Source: a virus (lineage: Duplodnaviria; Caudoviricetes). From it: DNA of 25,805 nt. This document shows positions 23,655 to 25,805 of the stretch, piece after piece. Positions within the stretch are counted from its first letter, which is position 1. The number at the start of each line of letters is the position of its first letter. The notes under the pieces were generated by a model. The model was not told the DNA's origin. It saw nothing but the letters and a program-made list of their open reading frames with translations, and did no database searches. Both the position numbers and the translations under genes were made by a program. Where the stretch lies: positions 1 through 25,805 of IMG/VR virus record IMGVR_UViG_3300035135_001292; one strand, given 5' to 3'.

Positions 23655-24401
23655 ATGAAACTATCCGACATCACCAAAAATTCGCAGATCAAACCGCCAC
23701 GGGTGCTGATATTCGGCCCGGCGGGGATCGGCAAAACAACATTCGGCGCAGCAGCTCCGCGACCGATATTCCTGACCATCGAGGACGGTCTGGGCAAAAT
23801 CGAAGCAAATGCATTCCCGCAGCCGAAAAACTATCTCGAGGCGCGCAGCGCGCTCGATGCGCTGATCAATGAGGATCACGACTACAAAACCCTGGTCGTC
23901 GACTCCCTGGATTGGCTCGAGCCGTTAATCTGGGCTCATACGTGCGACCAGAACAAATGGCAGTCGATCGAGGCGCCAGGCTACGGGCGCGGCTATGTCG
24001 AGGCGCTCAAGTATTGGCGGGAGTTCCTGGATCGCGTGAATTACCTGCGCGACCATAAGAAAATGGCGACCGTATTGATCTGTCATTCGACCGTGAAACG
24101 GTTCGAGGCGCCGGACGCTGAGGCGTTCGATCGGTACGTGCTCAAACTGCAAGCAAAGGCATCGGATCTCGTGGCCGAGCATAGTGACGCCATATTTTTC
24201 GCCAACCAGGTCGTGAACACGATCAAAACAGAAGATCGCGGGCGAGTGCGAACTCGAGGCACCGGCAAGGGCGATCGCGTCATGTATACGGAGGAGCGGC
24301 CTGCCTGGATAGCGAAAAATCGCTACGGGCTGCCGTCAGAAATGCCGCTCGATTGGAAAACCTTTCAACAACAACTAGCAGGAGATCAGAACAATGTTTA
24401 A
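23655..24401 (+). CDS. Sak4-like AAA ATPase (ssDNA annealing/recombination)
   Basis: Walker A GPAGIGKTT, Walker B LVVDSLDWLE, GYGRGY, AKNRYGLP; followed by SSB. Confidence 0.88.
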   Translation: MKLSDITKNSQIKPPRVLIFGPAGIGKTTFGAAAPRPIFLTIEDGLGKIEANAFPQPKNYLEARSALDALINEDHDYKTLVVDSLDWLEPLIWAHTCDQNKWQSIEAPGYGRGYVEALKYWREFLDRVNYLRDHKKMATVLICHSTVKRFEAPDAEAFDRYVLKLQAKASDLVAEHSDAIFFANQVVNTIKTEDRGRVRTRGTGKGDRVMYTEERPAWIAKNRYGLPSEMPLDWKTFQQQLAGDQNNV

Positions 24402-24840
24402 TCCACAGGAAGTGTTAGCGCAGAGCTCATTACCGACCATTCAGGAAGGATGGCAGAGCGCGCGGATTACCGACGTCGTAAGAAGAACCTCGCAGGCGGG
24501 CAATGTCTACGTGGAGCTCACGCTCGAGGTCGAGGGTGGTCGCGTTTGGGAGCGCATCAACATTCAACACCCACGGGATAACGTGCGCGACATCGCCCGG
24601 CGTATCCTAGCGAATGCCTGCATCGCGTGCGGGGTGAACTCAATCGCTGATGAAAACCAACCTAATGAGCTCATTTTCCGCGAGTGCGATGTGCTGTTAG
24701 CGAAGGACAACGAGGGCTTTTTTAAGGTGAAGCAATATCGTTATCCCGAGGGCTCGGCATCGACATCGGTTCCTGCGCCGACAGCTGCTCCGCAGCCGGC
24801 ACAGGGTACAGGTTTCGGTGAAGATCCGATTCCGTTCTAA
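24394..24840 (+). CDS. DUF669-like single-stranded DNA-binding protein
   Basis: GGAG RBS; G.Y.ELTLEV..GRVWERIN, L..ACIACG; Pro/Ala linker ending EDPIPF. Confidence 0.78.
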   Translation: MFNPQEVLAQSSLPTIQEGWQSARITDVVRRTSQAGNVYVELTLEVEGGRVWERINIQHPRDNVRDIARRILANACIACGVNSIADENQPNELIFRECDVLLAKDNEGFFKVKQYRYPEGSASTSVPAPTAAPQPAQGTGFGEDPIPF

Positions 24841-25259
24841 TGCGCGGCGACCCCGAGGCGGTCGCTGACGCTTTAAACCTCAAAAAATCAGGGGGTGAAT
24901 ATAAGGGACCGTGCCCGCTATGCGGTGGGCACGATCGCTTTCATGTGCGCCCAGGAAAACAGACCGATTTGCTGATTTTTTGCCGGCACGGGTGTCAGTA
25001 CCGCGACATCATGAGGCTGCTCGAGGCTCGAGGTATCGTCGAGGCGGGTGAGTTCATCCGACCGAAATACCGCCGGGATGATCTCGAGCTGGCAGATTAC
25101 GCGATTCTGGTGATGGAGAGCGCCTCCAGGCGCGGGGAGATCATTACCGAGTATGACGACAATAAATTCACCGAGCTCGCGCTGAAAGTCGACGCGACTC
25201 GGCGATCAAAAATAATTGGCCTACTGCGCCAACTTAGGGGGGGCAATGCCAGACAGTGA
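24840..25259 (+). CDS. Primase-type zinc-binding domain protein (P4 alpha-like Zn finger)
   Basis: GPCPLCGGHDRF...FCRHGC; no catalytic primase domain in 139 aa. Confidence 0.75.
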   Translation: MRGDPEAVADALNLKKSGGEYKGPCPLCGGHDRFHVRPGKQTDLLIFCRHGCQYRDIMRLLEARGIVEAGEFIRPKYRRDDLELADYAILVMESASRRGEIITEYDDNKFTELALKVDATRRSKIIGLLRQLRGGNARQ

Positions 25260-25805
25260 TTATGTATTCGATCGCTTCCAGGAATCTGTATTCAGCAAAA
25301 CGAACGCCGTCACCGGCTGGGATTGGAAAGTCAGTCAGCCGGAATGGATGCTCGACCGGCTAATACCCGGCGGATCGATTGGCATGGTGTTCGGCCCGTC
25401 AAACTCGGGCAAAAGCCACCTGGTTTGCGACCTGGTGACGACAATAGTTAAAGGCGACGAGCTATGGCAGGGAATCCCGCTCAAAAGCGGTCCCGTCGTT
25501 ATGTTCTCGGAAAGCATGGGGCATATTAAAGCCAGGCTTAAAGCCTACGTGAACGGGAACGCTGATCGATTGAGGTATCCGATCTATATGCTGCCGACGA
25601 TCGCGATGGAAATGCATGACCTGGATCTGTTTCTGTTATGGCTGGATTTTCTGCCAGAGCCGCCGATGATGGTCGTGTTCGATACCCTGGCGACTGCTTT
25701 TTCTTTCGAAGAAAACGACAACCGGGAAGCGTCAAAGCTAATCAAGGCGCTCGAGTCTGAGGTGCTTCCCAGGATGCACCCGGACGGGACGATTCTGATC
25801 GTGCA
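25246..25805 (+). CDS. RepA-like (AAA_25/SF4-related) helicase, 3'-truncated
   Basis: Not in the ORF track because it runs off the window. ATG 25246 after G-rich RBS; MPDSDYVF...WMLDRLIP, Walker A GPSNSGKS, Walker B MVVFDTL, ENDN. Confidence 0.88.
   Translation, partial: MPDSDYVFDRFQESVFSKTNAVTGWDWKVSQPEWMLDRLIPGGSIGMVFGPSNSGKSHLVCDLVTTIVKGDELWQGIPLKSGPVVMFSESMGHIKARLKAYVNGNADRLRYPIYMLPTIAMEMHDLDLFLLWLDFLPEPPMMVVFDTLATAFSFEENDNREASKLIKALESEVLPRMHPDGTILIV

Larger units (their letters stand above)
1..25805. mobile_element. Tailed dsDNA bacteriophage genome segment (lambda-like siphovirus organisation)
   Basis: Contiguous capsid-tail-lysis late operon, divergent early and replication arms; no host housekeeping genes. 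Confidence 0.96.

Noticed and set aside
1-25805. tRNA, rRNA, att site or auxiliary metabolic genes
   Set aside because: Intergenic gaps are short and accounted for; no cloverleaf, integrase or metabolic enzyme motif recognised

Overview
This window is a 25.8-kb internal segment of a tailed dsDNA phage genome, lambda-like siphovirus type, probably infecting a proteobacterium. The marine origin is inferred only from the gene families. Both ends cut genes. The + strand late operon (1-19520) runs in this order: multidomain prohead protease/HK97 capsid fusion (5'-truncated), head-tail connectors, tail tube, tail assembly chaperone with a -1 frameshift, tape measure, Dit/hub, a GNAT acetyltransferase, a central tail tip protein, a compositionally foreign ~6.2-kb spike/fibre adhesin module with its own promoter, a lysis cassette and an HNH nuclease. 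The - strand early region (19525-22971) holds a YqaJ-like exonuclease and two tandem units of small genes behind duplicated promoter-leader modules, with hairpin junctions that carry the stop codon in the loop. The + strand replication arm (23066-end) encodes Cro-like, resolvase-like, Sak4-like ATPase, DUF669 SSB, primase zinc-finger and RepA-like helicase (3'-truncated) proteins. No integrase, CI repressor, tRNA, CRISPR array or reverse transcriptase was seen. The most notable candidates are (i) a lectin domain apparently split between two tandem fibre genes, possibly donor-strand complementation; (ii) a cassette-like early gene array with covarying stop-codon hairpins; (iii) a 3'-UTR anti-SD element complementary to early-gene RBSs; and (iv) strong TCGA over-representation in the backbone. 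All family assignments are from motif recognition, not database searches.
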